Positions 1 to 9,164 are shown, counted from the first letter of the stretch. The stretch is 64,000 bases of DNA from Bacillota bacterium (GCA_036744005.1 DAINOJ010000011.1:4282-68281); one strand, 5' to 3'. The notes: generated by a model not told the origin, from the sequence alone. Numbers and translations are program-made.

Positions 1-9
1 GAGTTCGAT

Positions 10-447
10 ATGCAAAAATTTGCCGAAAAAATGCGTGATGCCAGAGCCGAACTCAACATGAGCCAGGCAACCCTGGCCGAGGAGACCGAATTATCCATTC
101 GTTCCATTTCCGCTTATGAAACCGGAACCGCTCTTCCCCGCCCTTCTACTTTGCGCAAGTTGGCCAAGGCCTTACACGTCACGGTAGAATACTTAACCAA
201 CGATGAGGTGCAAGATCCCAATGCCGGTCTGGTTCGTGAGCAATCCATGGACAACATCCGCTCCATGTATGGCACCCGAGGTGTTGCCGAAGCCGAAGCT
301 TTGCTGCTGCAAAATCGTGCGTTATTTGCCGGCGGTTCGTTAAGCCAAGAAGCCAAAGATGCCTTTTTCCAGGCCGTCATGACGGCCTATGTCACTTGCA
401 AAGAAGATGCACGGCAAACATTTAGCCGCACAAAGGACGGAGAATAA
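10..447 (+). CDS. XRE-family helix-turn-helix transcriptional regulator
   Basis: 145-aa ORF with an N-terminal HTH_3-like segment (NMSQATLAEETELSIRSISAYETG...LRKLAKAL). It lies directly upstream of, and abuts, an ImmA/IrrE-type peptidase gene. The true start may lie upstream of the window. Confidence 0.7.
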   Translation: MQKFAEKMRDARAELNMSQATLAEETELSIRSISAYETGTALPRPSTLRKLAKALHVTVEYLTNDEVQDPNAGLVREQSMDNIRSMYGTRGVAEAEALLLQNRALFAGGSLSQEAKDAFFQAVMTAYVTCKEDARQTFSRTKDGE

Positions 448-448
448 T

Positions 449-979
449 ATGTCCATTACCACCATCAGCCGCGAAGTAGAACAGCTGATTCGGCGTTATG
501 ACGAAACCAATGTCGCCCGTCTTTGCCGATCCATGGGGGTAACCGTACTCTTTTCTCCAATGGGTAGTTTCGATGGGGCCTGCAAGGGTTTCTACTTAAG
601 TCAGTCCCGTAAACAGGTGATTATGGTCAACAGTCATTTATCGGAAGATCTGCAAGAAATTATCATGGCGCACGAATTGGGGCATGCTGTGTTACACCGA
701 AAGGCTTCCGGCATTCGCACCTTTCACGACTTTGTCATGTTTGACGAAACTTCTCAATTCGAGTTCGAAGCCAATATCTTTGCAGCCGATTTGCTGATGC
801 CCGATGAAGAAGTGTTGTCCTTGCTGAACGACGATATCTCTTTTCTCGCTGCCGCAGCGGCCTTACAGGTACCTCCGGAATTATTGGATTTTAAGTTTCG
901 CGTGTTGAAGCGGAAGGGCTACAAGGTGATTGACCCTCCCATCGTGGCCAGTGGTGATTTTTTAAAGAAAGTGAGGTAA
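449..979 (+). CDS. ImmA/IrrE-family zinc metallo-endopeptidase
   Basis: ATG at 449 with a GGAGA ribosome-binding site 6 nt upstream. HEXXH motif (MAHELGHAVLH). The HTH gene next to an ImmA-like peptidase is the classic anti-repressor protease pair. Confidence 0.75.
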   Translation: MSITTISREVEQLIRRYDETNVARLCRSMGVTVLFSPMGSFDGACKGFYLSQSRKQVIMVNSHLSEDLQEIIMAHELGHAVLHRKASGIRTFHDFVMFDETSQFEFEANIFAADLLMPDEEVLSLLNDDISFLAAAAALQVPPELLDFKFRVLKRKGYKVIDPPIVASGDFLKKVR

Positions 980-984
980 GCAAC

Positions 985-1260
985 ATGGAAAACAAGGCAA
1001 AAGTGTATGTGCGTGTCACGGCTAGTTTCGATCCGGAAGGTACGTTACTTCCGGAAGCCATTATTTGGGAAGATGGCACTGCCTATGCCATCGACCGAGT
1101 CCTCGACGTTCGGCCTTCGTTCTCTGCCAAGGCCGGTAGCCAAGGGGATCGGTATATGGTACGTTTGGGCAATCATTATAGTTATTTGTTCTTCGAGCGC
1201 AGTGCGGCAGCCCAAGGGAATCAGCTGGGGCGTTGGTTTGTCGAACGTCAGCTGGCCTAA
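985..1260 (+). CDS. small hypothetical protein (91 aa) cotranscribed between ImmA and SRAP genes
   Basis: ORF in the operon gap with ATG 5 nt after the ImmA stop. No motif recognised. Confidence 0.4.
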   Translation: MENKAKVYVRVTASFDPEGTLLPEAIIWEDGTAYAIDRVLDVRPSFSAKAGSQGDRYMVRLGNHYSYLFFERSAAAQGNQLGRWFVERQLA

Positions 1261-1271
1261 GGAGGTTCACT

Positions 1272-1874
1272 ATGTGTGGTAGATATTATGTAGAAGCCGA
1301 AGCCACTGCAGTAGAAATGATGGGCATTCTGGCGGAGATTCGGCGTCGGTATGCCGAGTCCCCTGTCCTGCCTTTGCTCAAAGTAGGAGAAGTGGCTCCT
1401 TCTCAGATTTCGGTCGTGGTCGCCAACAGCAAGAGTATGAAGCAAGCTCCTTTTCTTATGAAATGGGGATATTCCCAAGACCGCGGGGGCTTGATCATCA
1501 ATGCTCGCAGTGAGACAGTGGTTGATAAACCCATGTTCAAAGAAAGCGTGCATAGCCGCCGTTGCATGATTCCGGCCAATCGGTATTTCGAATGGCAGAC
1601 CATGGAGCATGGCAAACAGAAATATGCACTTTTTCCTGAAGATCAAGCTTTTTTCTTTATGGCAGGAATTTATCGCCCGGAAGGTCCGGAAGGAGTTCCT
1701 AGCTTTGTCATTCTCACTCGCGATGCGGCCGAAGGGATTCGTCACATTCACCCACGCATGCCGGTGATCTTACCTCGGGAGCAGTGGAATGAGTGGTTAA
1801 ATCCCATTGTCGATCCGCGTAAGGTTTTAGAAACGGCCATTTCTCAAGTGGCCTTTGAACAAGTCGCTCCATAA
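1272..1874 (+). CDS. SOS-response-associated peptidase (SRAP / YedK / HMCES family), abasic-site DNA-protein crosslink enzyme
   Basis: N-terminus MCGRY, with the catalytic Cys directly after the initiator Met. AAGGAGG ribosome-binding site at 1259-1265. 200 aa, with a conserved SRAP core (e.g. IPANRYFEW). Confidence 0.8.
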   Translation: MCGRYYVEAEATAVEMMGILAEIRRRYAESPVLPLLKVGEVAPSQISVVVANSKSMKQAPFLMKWGYSQDRGGLIINARSETVVDKPMFKESVHSRRCMIPANRYFEWQTMEHGKQKYALFPEDQAFFFMAGIYRPEGPEGVPSFVILTRDAAEGIRHIHPRMPVILPREQWNEWLNPIVDPRKVLETAISQVAFEQVAP

Positions 1875-1877
1875 TGC

Positions 1878-1908
1878 TTGACGTACCCCACTTCTATGGT
1901 TTATACTA
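1878..1908 (+). promoter_or_regulatory. sigma-A-like promoter (TTGACG ... TATACT) driving the riboswitch leader and CDF transporter
   Basis: TTGACG at 1878-1883 and TATACT at 1903-1908. The 19-nt spacer is slightly long. Confidence 0.35.
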
Positions 1909-1937
1909 TATGTATATAGACTTGGCACTGCATTTTG

Positions 1938-2046
1938 CTACAGTACTGAGCAGGTTGCTTTTCTGGAAGAAAAGTCAACCGGGCCTAAAGTCGGGCAACA
2001 GGATCTACCACCTGTGGGACAGTTTTGTTCCACAGGTGTTTTTTTA
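1938..2046 (+). promoter_or_regulatory. candidate NiCo (czcD-motif) riboswitch with intrinsic terminator expression platform
   Basis: The leader contains ACUGAGCAGG (1945-1954) and GUGGGACAGU (2014-2023), recalled as the conserved junction strands of the czcD motif. An internal P2-like hairpin GGUUGCUUUUC-GAAAAGUCAACC is present. A 9-bp terminator stem CACCTGTGG/CCACAGGTG (2010-2037) plus a T7 run overlaps the 3' aptamer strand. Immediately upstream of a CDF exporter. Confidence 0.55.
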
Positions 2047-2064
2047 TGTAAGGAGCGATACATC

Positions 2065-3234
2065 ATGACCGATTTTCTCATACAGTTCCTCGTTCGAGAT
2101 TTCAGTAAAACCAACCATCCTTTGGTACGTGAACGCTATGGTAAAATGGCAGCAGGAGTGGGTATTGCGACCAATTTATGCTTATTTGCTTTAAAAATCG
2201 TCATGGGTTTATGGGTGGGCAGTGTCGCCATTGTTGCCGATGCAGTGAACAACTTATCGGATTCCGCTTCTTCGTTGGTACTTCTCATTGGCTTTTATTT
2301 GGCAGGAAGACCGGCCGACGCCGAACACCCTTACGGGCACGCTCGCATGGAATACATTGCCGGTATGGTCATCTCCTTCTTCATTGTTTTGTTGGGATTT
2401 CAATTGGGGCTTTCTTCTTGGAAGAAGATTCTCAACCCAGAACCGGTGTTATTCCATAGGACTTTGGTGGTTTCTCTGCTCATCGCCATAGCCGGCAAGT
2501 TTTGGCAAAGTCGCTTTTATAAAACCGTAGGTCAGCGCATTGGCTCGGTTGCTCTCCTTGCGACTTCCGAAGATAGTCGTAACGATATCCTAGCCACCAC
2601 AGCAGTTCTATTGTCTTCTCTGGCTGGAGCATTCTTGGGGTGGCAAATCGATGGTTGGATGGGTTTGCTGGTGGCTTTGTTCATCCTGTATAGTGGGATC
2701 CGACTCATCAGTGATACCATGACTCCCCTTTTGGGCACCGCCCCGGACCCCCAGTTAATCGAAACCATTCGTGAAAGAGTCCTTTCCTATGAACATGTTT
2801 TGGGCTTGCACGATTTAACGTTACACAACTATGGGGAAACGCGCATTTATGCCTCTTTACATTGCGAAATCGATGCCAACCATGATGTCATGGACAGCCA
2901 TGAGCTTATCGATCGCATTGAACGGGACTTCTACCATGACTTGGGTATTCGCATGGTCATCCACATGGATCCTATTATTGCAGATGATCTACGAAGCGAT
3001 GCCTTGCAAGATGAAGTATCTGCATTATTGACCCATATATCTCCTCTACTTAAGATGCATGACTTTCGTGTGGTTTGGGGGAAGAAATTGACGAAAGTCA
3101 TCTTCGATATTGAAGTGCCCTATGATTTTAGTTTATCCGATGAAGACTTACTTTTGCTTATAGAAGAACGACTTCGCGAGTTGAGTCCCACCTACCATGC
3201 CGTTTTGCGCATCGATCACGAAGATGTATATTAG
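2065..3234 (+). CDS. czcD: cation diffusion facilitator (CDF) family divalent metal efflux transporter
   Basis: ATG at 2065 after an AAGGAG ribosome-binding site. Six transmembrane segments with the CDF signature, plus a C-terminal cytoplasmic domain. 389 aa. Confidence 0.85.
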   Translation: MTDFLIQFLVRDFSKTNHPLVRERYGKMAAGVGIATNLCLFALKIVMGLWVGSVAIVADAVNNLSDSASSLVLLIGFYLAGRPADAEHPYGHARMEYIAGMVISFFIVLLGFQLGLSSWKKILNPEPVLFHRTLVVSLLIAIAGKFWQSRFYKTVGQRIGSVALLATSEDSRNDILATTAVLLSSLAGAFLGWQIDGWMGLLVALFILYSGIRLISDTMTPLLGTAPDPQLIETIRERVLSYEHVLGLHDLTLHNYGETRIYASLHCEIDANHDVMDSHELIDRIERDFYHDLGIRMVIHMDPIIADDLRSDALQDEVSALLTHISPLLKMHDFRVVWGKKLTKVIFDIEVPYDFSLSDEDLLLLIEERLRELSPTYHAVLRIDHEDVY

Positions 3235-3280
3235 AGTACAAAACAAGGCTCCGGTCGCTTGTCCGGAGTCTTGTTCTGTA
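3234..3280. terminator. bidirectional intrinsic terminator between convergent genes
   Basis: Inverted repeat ACAAGGCTCCGG / CCGGAGTCTTGT flanked by A/T runs, lying between the stop at 3234 and the minus-strand stop at 3287. Confidence 0.5.
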
Positions 3281-3286
3281 CTAAGT

Positions 3287-4624
3287 TTATTTCTTTAAAA
3301 AAGTAGCAATATCGAGAATGACCTGATCCGGTATGTTTCCCGGTGTGTTGTATTCACTAACATCTAGCTTCCCATTGCTAGGCATAAATAAGTGATTGAG
3401 GTTTTCGTACAGCTTGTAGGTCACATTCATATGGGTGCCTAAGTAGTCCTGCCATGCTAAAAAATCCACATCGACTTTTACCTGAAAATCCGCGTCTCCC
3501 TGCAAAATGAGTATGGGTATTTCTAGTTCGGAAATGAGTTTTCCTGTATCGATGGCATTGAGACTCAACCAGTATGAAGCCGGTTGTTGTAATACCAGAG
3601 TGCCCAAATCGACCTCAGTCAGTTTTTTGATTTTTGCCGCTTCCTGCTGCACTTGTGCCAAATATGTCGCTTTATCGGTTGCCGAAAGTGTGGTGTTCAG
3701 CGCGAGAGCATCTTTGGTTTGGTCTACCATAATATCTTCTAGTTTTCGTGGTGTTCCTGCCATGATGACAATATGTGTCACCTCTGGGTTTTCTGTGGCC
3801 AAATACGGTGCCAACATACCACCCAGACTGTGTCCAATGATGCTAATCTCTGAGTGTGGTAACATTTCTTTGGCTAAGGCAATAGCCGCCATGACGTCGT
3901 CGGTCACTTCTTTTTGAACTGTGATTTGGTGTAGAGCAGCTTGGTCTTCTGCGGCCGGTGGGTATTGATAATACCGTTTATGGTAACGAATGGACGCAAT
4001 CCCTTCCGCCGCTAACCCTTGTGCCAAATCCTTAAAGGGTTGATTCCCTGCCCCCACGGTTTCGTGCATATCCTGAGGTCCGGAACCATGCACCAGAATC
4101 ACCACCGGAGGATTCTCTTTTCCTACCGGTATGGTTAAAATGCCCTGGAGTTTCTCCTCCCCGGTTCCGACTTCGATCTCTTGTTCTTCATAGGAATCGG
4201 TGATTTGTAAGGGTTCCTCAATGGAGAAATAATTCAACCAAAGCCCTTCCAATTTGTAATCATGATCCCAGGTAAGTTTGACTTGAATCCCATTGAGCTC
4301 ATATTGCAAGATGACCGTACTCACGGCCCGATTATTTTTGTATTCCACCGCGGTCTTGTAGAGAGTCTGATACGCTCCAATCGGGTCTGCCACCGATTTC
4401 CAAGCTCCAATGAGAGCGTCCTTGCTGAGGGCTTTGCTCATCGTCGCAGAGAACACCTTTATTGTACCATCAAATTGGGCTTTCGCCATTTCTTCTGCGT
4501 ATCGGTTGCTCAAAGCTAGTATTTGTGCTTCATCATATACAAAGGTTTCTTTTGGCTTTTGCTGACATCCCGTTATAGTGAAAAGTAATATAAGCAAGAT
4601 CGCGAACACGTAGTATTTGCGCAT
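3287..4624 (-). CDS. secreted alpha/beta-hydrolase lipoprotein (serine hydrolase) with N-terminal accessory domain
   Basis: Signal peptide with lipobox LFTITGC. GHSLGG nucleophile elbow. 445 aa. Confidence 0.75.
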   Translation of the reverse strand: MRKYYVFAILLILLFTITGCQQKPKETFVYDEAQILALSNRYAEEMAKAQFDGTIKVFSATMSKALSKDALIGAWKSVADPIGAYQTLYKTAVEYKNNRAVSTVILQYELNGIQVKLTWDHDYKLEGLWLNYFSIEEPLQITDSYEEQEIEVGTGEEKLQGILTIPVGKENPPVVILVHGSGPQDMHETVGAGNQPFKDLAQGLAAEGIASIRYHKRYYQYPPAAEDQAALHQITVQKEVTDDVMAAIALAKEMLPHSEISIIGHSLGGMLAPYLATENPEVTHIVIMAGTPRKLEDIMVDQTKDALALNTTLSATDKATYLAQVQQEAAKIKKLTEVDLGTLVLQQPASYWLSLNAIDTGKLISELEIPILILQGDADFQVKVDVDFLAWQDYLGTHMNVTYKLYENLNHLFMPSNGKLDVSEYNTPGNIPDQVILDIATFLKK

Positions 4625-4635
4625 GGCTTCTCCTC

Positions 4636-4827
4636 CTATTTTTGGATGAGCATCGCCAACAACGCGGCGAGCCCTAAGAATGCATAGGAAGCACCGATTA
4701 GAAGAGGATGGTTTTGTATTCCTCCGATATATGCAAAGTAAAATCCGGGCCAGAATAACAAGAACGACCCTTTTAACATGAGAACTCTATACTTTTTTCG
4801 CCAAGGTTTTGGGCTTGTTTGAGTCAT
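4636..4827 (-). CDS. small hydrophobic protein (63 aa), possibly membrane protein
   Basis: Two predicted transmembrane helices, packed between the hydrolase and permease genes. Support is weak. Confidence 0.3.
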   Translation of the reverse strand: MTQTSPKPWRKKYRVLMLKGSFLLFWPGFYFAYIGGIQNHPLLIGASYAFLGLAALLAMLIQK

Positions 4828-4848
4828 TAGAAACTCTCCTTTCGAAGC

Positions 4849-6408
4849 TTAGTAGAAGAAGGATAACAGATACACAAAGATCCCGACCAGTAAAACGTTG
4901 ATCAAGCAATATTTCATAGTCACTTTCATGATCTCATTCTCTCGGCCATTCAATCCCACATTAGCCGCACCGGTCATGATGGTCGATGGTGCAATAGACA
5001 CCCCTAAGGATCCCCCTACCGATTGAGCTGCTGCCATGAGCACCGCAGATTTCCCTAAGACAAGCGCAGTGTTCTGCTGTAAAACACCAAACATGACATT
5101 GGAATTGGTGTTGCTTCCAGTGATAAAGGAACCCAACACTCCGATGTAAGGTGACACCAAGGGGAAGAACGAGCCAAAGACACTGGCAATTCCTTGCGCA
5201 ATCAGATGAGTCATGCCCGAATCACTCATGATTAAGGCCATCATCACCATGGTACCAATTCCCACGCTGGTAGGAATGCATTTATCTACTGTCTTCACTG
5301 CAGCTGTTTGTAACAAACTTTTCTTGGCTCCGGTTCGAGTCACATAAATAGCATATCCCACGAGGGAAGAAAGCAAGAGGATGGGGGCCGGATGCGAAAA
5401 GAACTGTATCTTGGAGTATTTACTCACCGCAGCAACCACATAGCCAAAGGTGGTTTGCAGCTCTGGGTAGTTTAACCCCCAGTGATACGAACTGAGTGCA
5501 CTTTTAATGGGTTTGATCTGAGTTAAAATCGAAACCAAAATCAAGGTATAGTAAGGAGCAAAGGCAATATGAAAGCCCATGGTGTTGGAATCTTGCTTGA
5601 TTTCACTGGGCTTTTTTTCTTTCCTCTTCTCTGCTACAGCCCAAAGAATCATCACCAAGCAACCGGCACCCGCTGCCATGAGGGAAGCTAATTGTGCCGT
5701 TCCGATGATGTTCATGAACCATAAGACAAATGACATGGCAGATCCTGCTGTTAGGATTTGTGGTACACTCTTCTTCACCGCATCCCAGCCACCATAGATA
5801 TGAGCCACACCAAAACCGGTAGCAAAAATGCCCACACTGAAGATGATCGCCATCCATGGACCAATGATTTCCCCTGGAATGCCGGTGACGAGTTGTATGG
5901 AGTTATATGAAGAGCCCATGGAACCAAAGGAAATGGACCAAGAATGCCCAATCAAGCAGGATGCCACCGCTACCAAGGGTTCGAAACCCATTACTACCAT
6001 AATGGGGGCGACCACAGCCACCGGAATACCAAATCCAGCCAATCCTTGTAGCATAGAGGCGAAACACCAGGCTAAGAGCAGAATCATGATGCGCCGGTTC
6101 TCTGAGACCCCGGTCATGGTCTTGCCAATAACCTTTATAGCCCCCGCCCCATCGGCTATGTTATACAGAAATACAGCCCCCCAAATGATGAGGAGCACAT
6201 ATAAGCTAAGGCTTAAACCTTTGCTGTTGGCTAATGCCATGAGGCGGAAATCGGTTCCAAAAAATACATATGCGATGCCTAAAGCGACAACCCATGAAAC
6301 CGCACCGACCTTCGATGCTTCCCATTTGAAAAATAAAATTCCGCTAATCAATACCAATACCGGGGCTATAGCCAGTAGCCAATTTCCGATGGTCAAAGGC
6401 ATATCCAA
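4849..6408 (-). CDS. lctP: L-lactate permease (LctP family)
   Basis: 519-aa polytopic membrane protein with the typical LctP N-terminus (NWLLAIAPVLVLI...FKWEA) and glycine-rich TMs. Confidence 0.85.
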   Translation of the reverse strand: MDMPLTIGNWLLAIAPVLVLISGILFFKWEASKVGAVSWVVALGIAYVFFGTDFRLMALANSKGLSLSLYVLLIIWGAVFLYNIADGAGAIKVIGKTMTGVSENRRIMILLLAWCFASMLQGLAGFGIPVAVVAPIMVVMGFEPLVAVASCLIGHSWSISFGSMGSSYNSIQLVTGIPGEIIGPWMAIIFSVGIFATGFGVAHIYGGWDAVKKSVPQILTAGSAMSFVLWFMNIIGTAQLASLMAAGAGCLVMILWAVAEKRKEKKPSEIKQDSNTMGFHIAFAPYYTLILVSILTQIKPIKSALSSYHWGLNYPELQTTFGYVVAAVSKYSKIQFFSHPAPILLLSSLVGYAIYVTRTGAKKSLLQTAAVKTVDKCIPTSVGIGTMVMMALIMSDSGMTHLIAQGIASVFGSFFPLVSPYIGVLGSFITGSNTNSNVMFGVLQQNTALVLGKSAVLMAAAQSVGGSLGVSIAPSTIMTGAANVGLNGRENEIMKVTMKYCLINVLLVGIFVYLLSFFY

Positions 6409-6545
6409 GGCGTTTCATTCCTCTCAAGTTGGTTTATAACCCTATCTTTCGCTTTTGCCTCTGCAATTCCTGCCTTCCCATACCAAAACGGAGGATTCGT
6501 TGAAAAACAGCGAAGGAACGACCAAAAAACCCATGATAAAAGAAA

Positions 6546-6582
6546 ATCCCCCCCGTAAGGGGAGGACTTTCGTTTACTTCAA
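6546..6582 (-). terminator. intrinsic terminator
   Basis: CCTCCCC-ttac-GGGGGGG hairpin followed by a U-rich tract on the minus strand, directly after the stop at 6587. Confidence 0.5.
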
Positions 6583-6586
6583 CGTC

Positions 6587-7384
6587 TTATTTGATGAGCG
6601 GTTTCTCTCGTTTGGGTATCACTAAATAAATCTCGGCAATTAAGAATAAGCATAAGCTAATCAGGGTCGCTGCTATGACACTAAAGTATTGTCCTTTGAA
6701 TCCGGTTTCCGAGGTGTGTTTTAACCAGATACCCCCATAGGCCCAGATTAAAACCAAGCCATATGGCATGTTGCGGTGCTTAAGCAGGGTTGCTCCACCA
6801 ATGAGAACACCCGAGGCGAGTGTAAGAATCATCCAAATCGGTTCCGACAAACCAAATCGGTTCCATTGGATGTCGACCAAAAGGGTTGTGAGATTCGCAA
6901 TGGTGGCTATGGTAATCCAGCCAAAATATACGGAAAACGGTACTTTAATGAACACTTTTTCCAAGAGCGTAAATTTCTCTTTGTACGTCATTTGATTGAT
7001 AATAATCAAGCACAATAAGATGACTAACATGAGGATCATGGTAAGGGGAATCAGGCGATAATGCCACGCAAAAATCCATATGGAATTGGCCAAGGATGAT
7101 ATGGAAAAAAGCACACTGATTCTGCGTATCATTTTCTCATGTTTAGGGTTCTTTTGGAACACTCCATGTTGGTATAGGATGTATCCTGCCAAAAGCAAGT
7201 ATATGACACCCCAAATGCTAAAGGTGATTCCAGCAGGAGCAAACAAGTTTGGGTAGGAGTCTGACACCTCCCCGGTTGTAATTCCATTGAGAGGTAAAAT
7301 ATTGGCTAAGGCATTGGCGACAATCATCACTAAAAACGTCACGGTAGTAACCATCTTTAAGGTAGCCCCTGAGTTCTTATCCAT
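6587..7384 (-). CDS. polytopic membrane protein, TspO/MBR-related (tryptophan-rich), function uncertain
   Basis: 265 aa. N-terminal region PNLFAPAGITFSIWGVIYLLLAGY resembles the TspO first-TM signature, but the protein is about 100 aa longer than canonical TspO. Confidence 0.45.
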   Translation of the reverse strand: MDKNSGATLKMVTTVTFLVMIVANALANILPLNGITTGEVSDSYPNLFAPAGITFSIWGVIYLLLAGYILYQHGVFQKNPKHEKMIRRISVLFSISSLANSIWIFAWHYRLIPLTMILMLVILLCLIIINQMTYKEKFTLLEKVFIKVPFSVYFGWITIATIANLTTLLVDIQWNRFGLSEPIWMILTLASGVLIGGATLLKHRNMPYGLVLIWAYGGIWLKHTSETGFKGQYFSVIAATLISLCLFLIAEIYLVIPKREKPLIK

Positions 7385-7466
7385 CGTGTGTCCTCCATCA
7401 GCGTTTTTTGCTTCTAATTTGAAGTTCTGCTTTAGAGTTCTCTAAAAAACAATTATTTCCTTCAAA

Positions 7467-8006
7467 CTATGGTATGATTTCCAGCAATGCATCCAATAAT
7501 TTCTTTAGAGCGGCTTGGGTGCGTTCATCGGTGAGGTTCCCTTCTCCATCGAACTTGCTGCCCGCGTTGGTGATAAAGACTTCTGGTTTGTTTAATACGT
7601 TCATATCCAGTGCGGTCGTTACTTGGCGTAAGTGATATTGTACTCTAGCACCACCAAACATACCGATGGAAGCACTTAAAATGGCAGTAGGTTTACGGGT
7701 GATGACTTTCTTCCCTCGAGAAATCCAGTCGAGAGCGTTCTTTAAGACCGGAGGAATGGAGTAATTATATTCCGGTGTGGCTAAAATAATGCCATCGGCT
7801 GCGGCGATTTTTTCTTTGAGTTGAACCACTACAGGTGGCAACCCTTCTGCTTCGACATCTTCATTAAAGAAAGGAATCTCTGTTAAGTCCAAAAGTTCTA
7901 AGTTTACCTGCGCAGGTAGTTGGGTTTGCAAGTAGCGCACTGCCATCTTGTTAAAGGAATTCTGACGCAAACTACCATTTAGAGCAACTAAATGAATGGT
8001 TTTCAT
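7467..8006 (-). CDS. NADPH-dependent FMN reductase (flavodoxin-like fold)
   Basis: 179 aa. The MKTIHLVALNGSLRQNSFN N-terminus is typical of the SsuE/NADPH-dependent FMN reductase family. Confidence 0.8.
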   Translation of the reverse strand: MKTIHLVALNGSLRQNSFNKMAVRYLQTQLPAQVNLELLDLTEIPFFNEDVEAEGLPPVVVQLKEKIAAADGIILATPEYNYSIPPVLKNALDWISRGKKVITRKPTAILSASIGMFGGARVQYHLRQVTTALDMNVLNKPEVFITNAGSKFDGEGNLTDERTQAALKKLLDALLEIIP

Positions 8007-8025
8007 GGTATTCTCCTTTCAACTC

Positions 8026-9111
8026 TTAATTGGGCACTGCACCTTGACTCTTGGCTAGTGCAGCAAAACCTTTGGTCATTTCAATGCGACCGTCGTCGAA
8101 AATCCATTGAGCCTCCAGCCCGGGAGTCGCTTCGACAAAGGCACGACTTTCCTCATAGGGTAGTAAGAAGACCTCCGTCGAGTAGAAATCGGCTTTCCCT
8201 GAATTTACATTTAGTACATTGACCGCGCGATAATAGTTTGCAGGATATAACGTAGCCGGGTCGATAAGATGATGAATGCGCTGGTCTTCTACATAATAAT
8301 AGCGCTGATAATCCCCTGAGCTTACCACAGACATGTCATTCACATAGACCGTATCGAGAGTGTTATCATCCCCAAATACATAACGATTGGGGTCTTGCAG
8401 ACCAACCCCCCACTTGCTACGGTCCTTCTCATAAGGTTTTCCCACAGCCCGAATGTTTCCACCAGAGCTGATGATAAATGAATCATACCCTTTGGTGAGT
8501 AATTCTTGTACCACAAGCTCTGTCGCATACCCTTTGGCAACCGCACCTACATCGAGTTTTAACTGTGGATCTAAGAAAGAGACGGTCAAAGTATCCTGAT
8601 CTAGTACAAGATGGGAAATGTTTGTATGTTCTGCTGCTTTCTGCAACTCCTCCAAAGGGGGTAAGCTGGCGTTATCGGGATCATCGATTCCTTGGTTACG
8701 ATATTCAGACCATATCTCCAAGACGGCTCCAAAGGCAATATTGGTTTTCCCACTGGTTTGCTGGTTCATGTCCACAGCAAAGTGTAGCATATCGTACAAT
8801 ACTTTATCGACAACCTGAGGTTCTGCTCCTGCTTTCTCATTAACCGTACGCAGGTTGACTAAGTCTTTATAAGAATGGTATTTGTCAAATAAGCGGTGTA
8901 ACTGCTCCATGCGCTTCTGCACGTAAGTCGACATTTCGTCAAATTGTTTTTGGTTCTCGGTATAGGCAATCAATTGAAAACTGGTATCAAATGCACCATC
9001 GAAAACATGGCTGTAACGGGTTCGTTTGGGTTGTATCTGACAAGAGGTTAGTAGAATGATGGATAGCATTAGTAATAAGAGTCTTTTCCCATATTTATTG
9101 CTGTATTTCAT
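8026..9111 (-). CDS. apbE: FAD:protein FMN transferase (ApbE/FmnB-like) lipoprotein
   Basis: Lipobox LLTSC. ApbE core motifs (GAVAKGYA, HHLIDPATL). Start moved to MKYSNK (ATG 9111) with GGGAG upstream. Confidence 0.85.
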   Translation of the reverse strand: MKYSNKYGKRLLLLMLSIILLTSCQIQPKRTRYSHVFDGAFDTSFQLIAYTENQKQFDEMSTYVQKRMEQLHRLFDKYHSYKDLVNLRTVNEKAGAEPQVVDKVLYDMLHFAVDMNQQTSGKTNIAFGAVLEIWSEYRNQGIDDPDNASLPPLEELQKAAEHTNISHLVLDQDTLTVSFLDPQLKLDVGAVAKGYATELVVQELLTKGYDSFIISSGGNIRAVGKPYEKDRSKWGVGLQDPNRYVFGDDNTLDTVYVNDMSVVSSGDYQRYYYVEDQRIHHLIDPATLYPANYYRAVNVLNVNSGKADFYSTEVFLLPYEESRAFVEATPGLEAQWIFDDGRIEMTKGFAALAKSQGAVPN

Positions 9112-9164
9112 TTGCACGGCTCCCAATCAAAAATAATCACTATGGTTAATTTCGTCTTTCCATA

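Noticed and set aside
1-2000. Prophage/ICE immunity region (mobile element) because of the XRE + ImmA pair
   Set aside because: No integrase, recombinase, phage structural or conjugation genes in the window, and the pair is followed directly by a chromosomal-type SRAP gene. Kept as a regulatory cassette, not called a mobile element. Upstream context is not visible, so this cannot be fully excluded.
1910-2046. yybP-ykoY (Mn2+) riboswitch in front of the CDF gene
   Set aside because: No GGAGAGUAG-type yybP-ykoY core seen. The conserved strands present fit the czcD/NiCo motif better.
114-6439. Numerous antisense/overlapping ORFs (e.g. 114-380, 1257-1751, 3507-3917, 5828-6439)
   Set aside because: They are embedded antisense within well-supported genes, lack ribosome-binding sites and motifs, and have typical shadow-ORF amino-acid composition.
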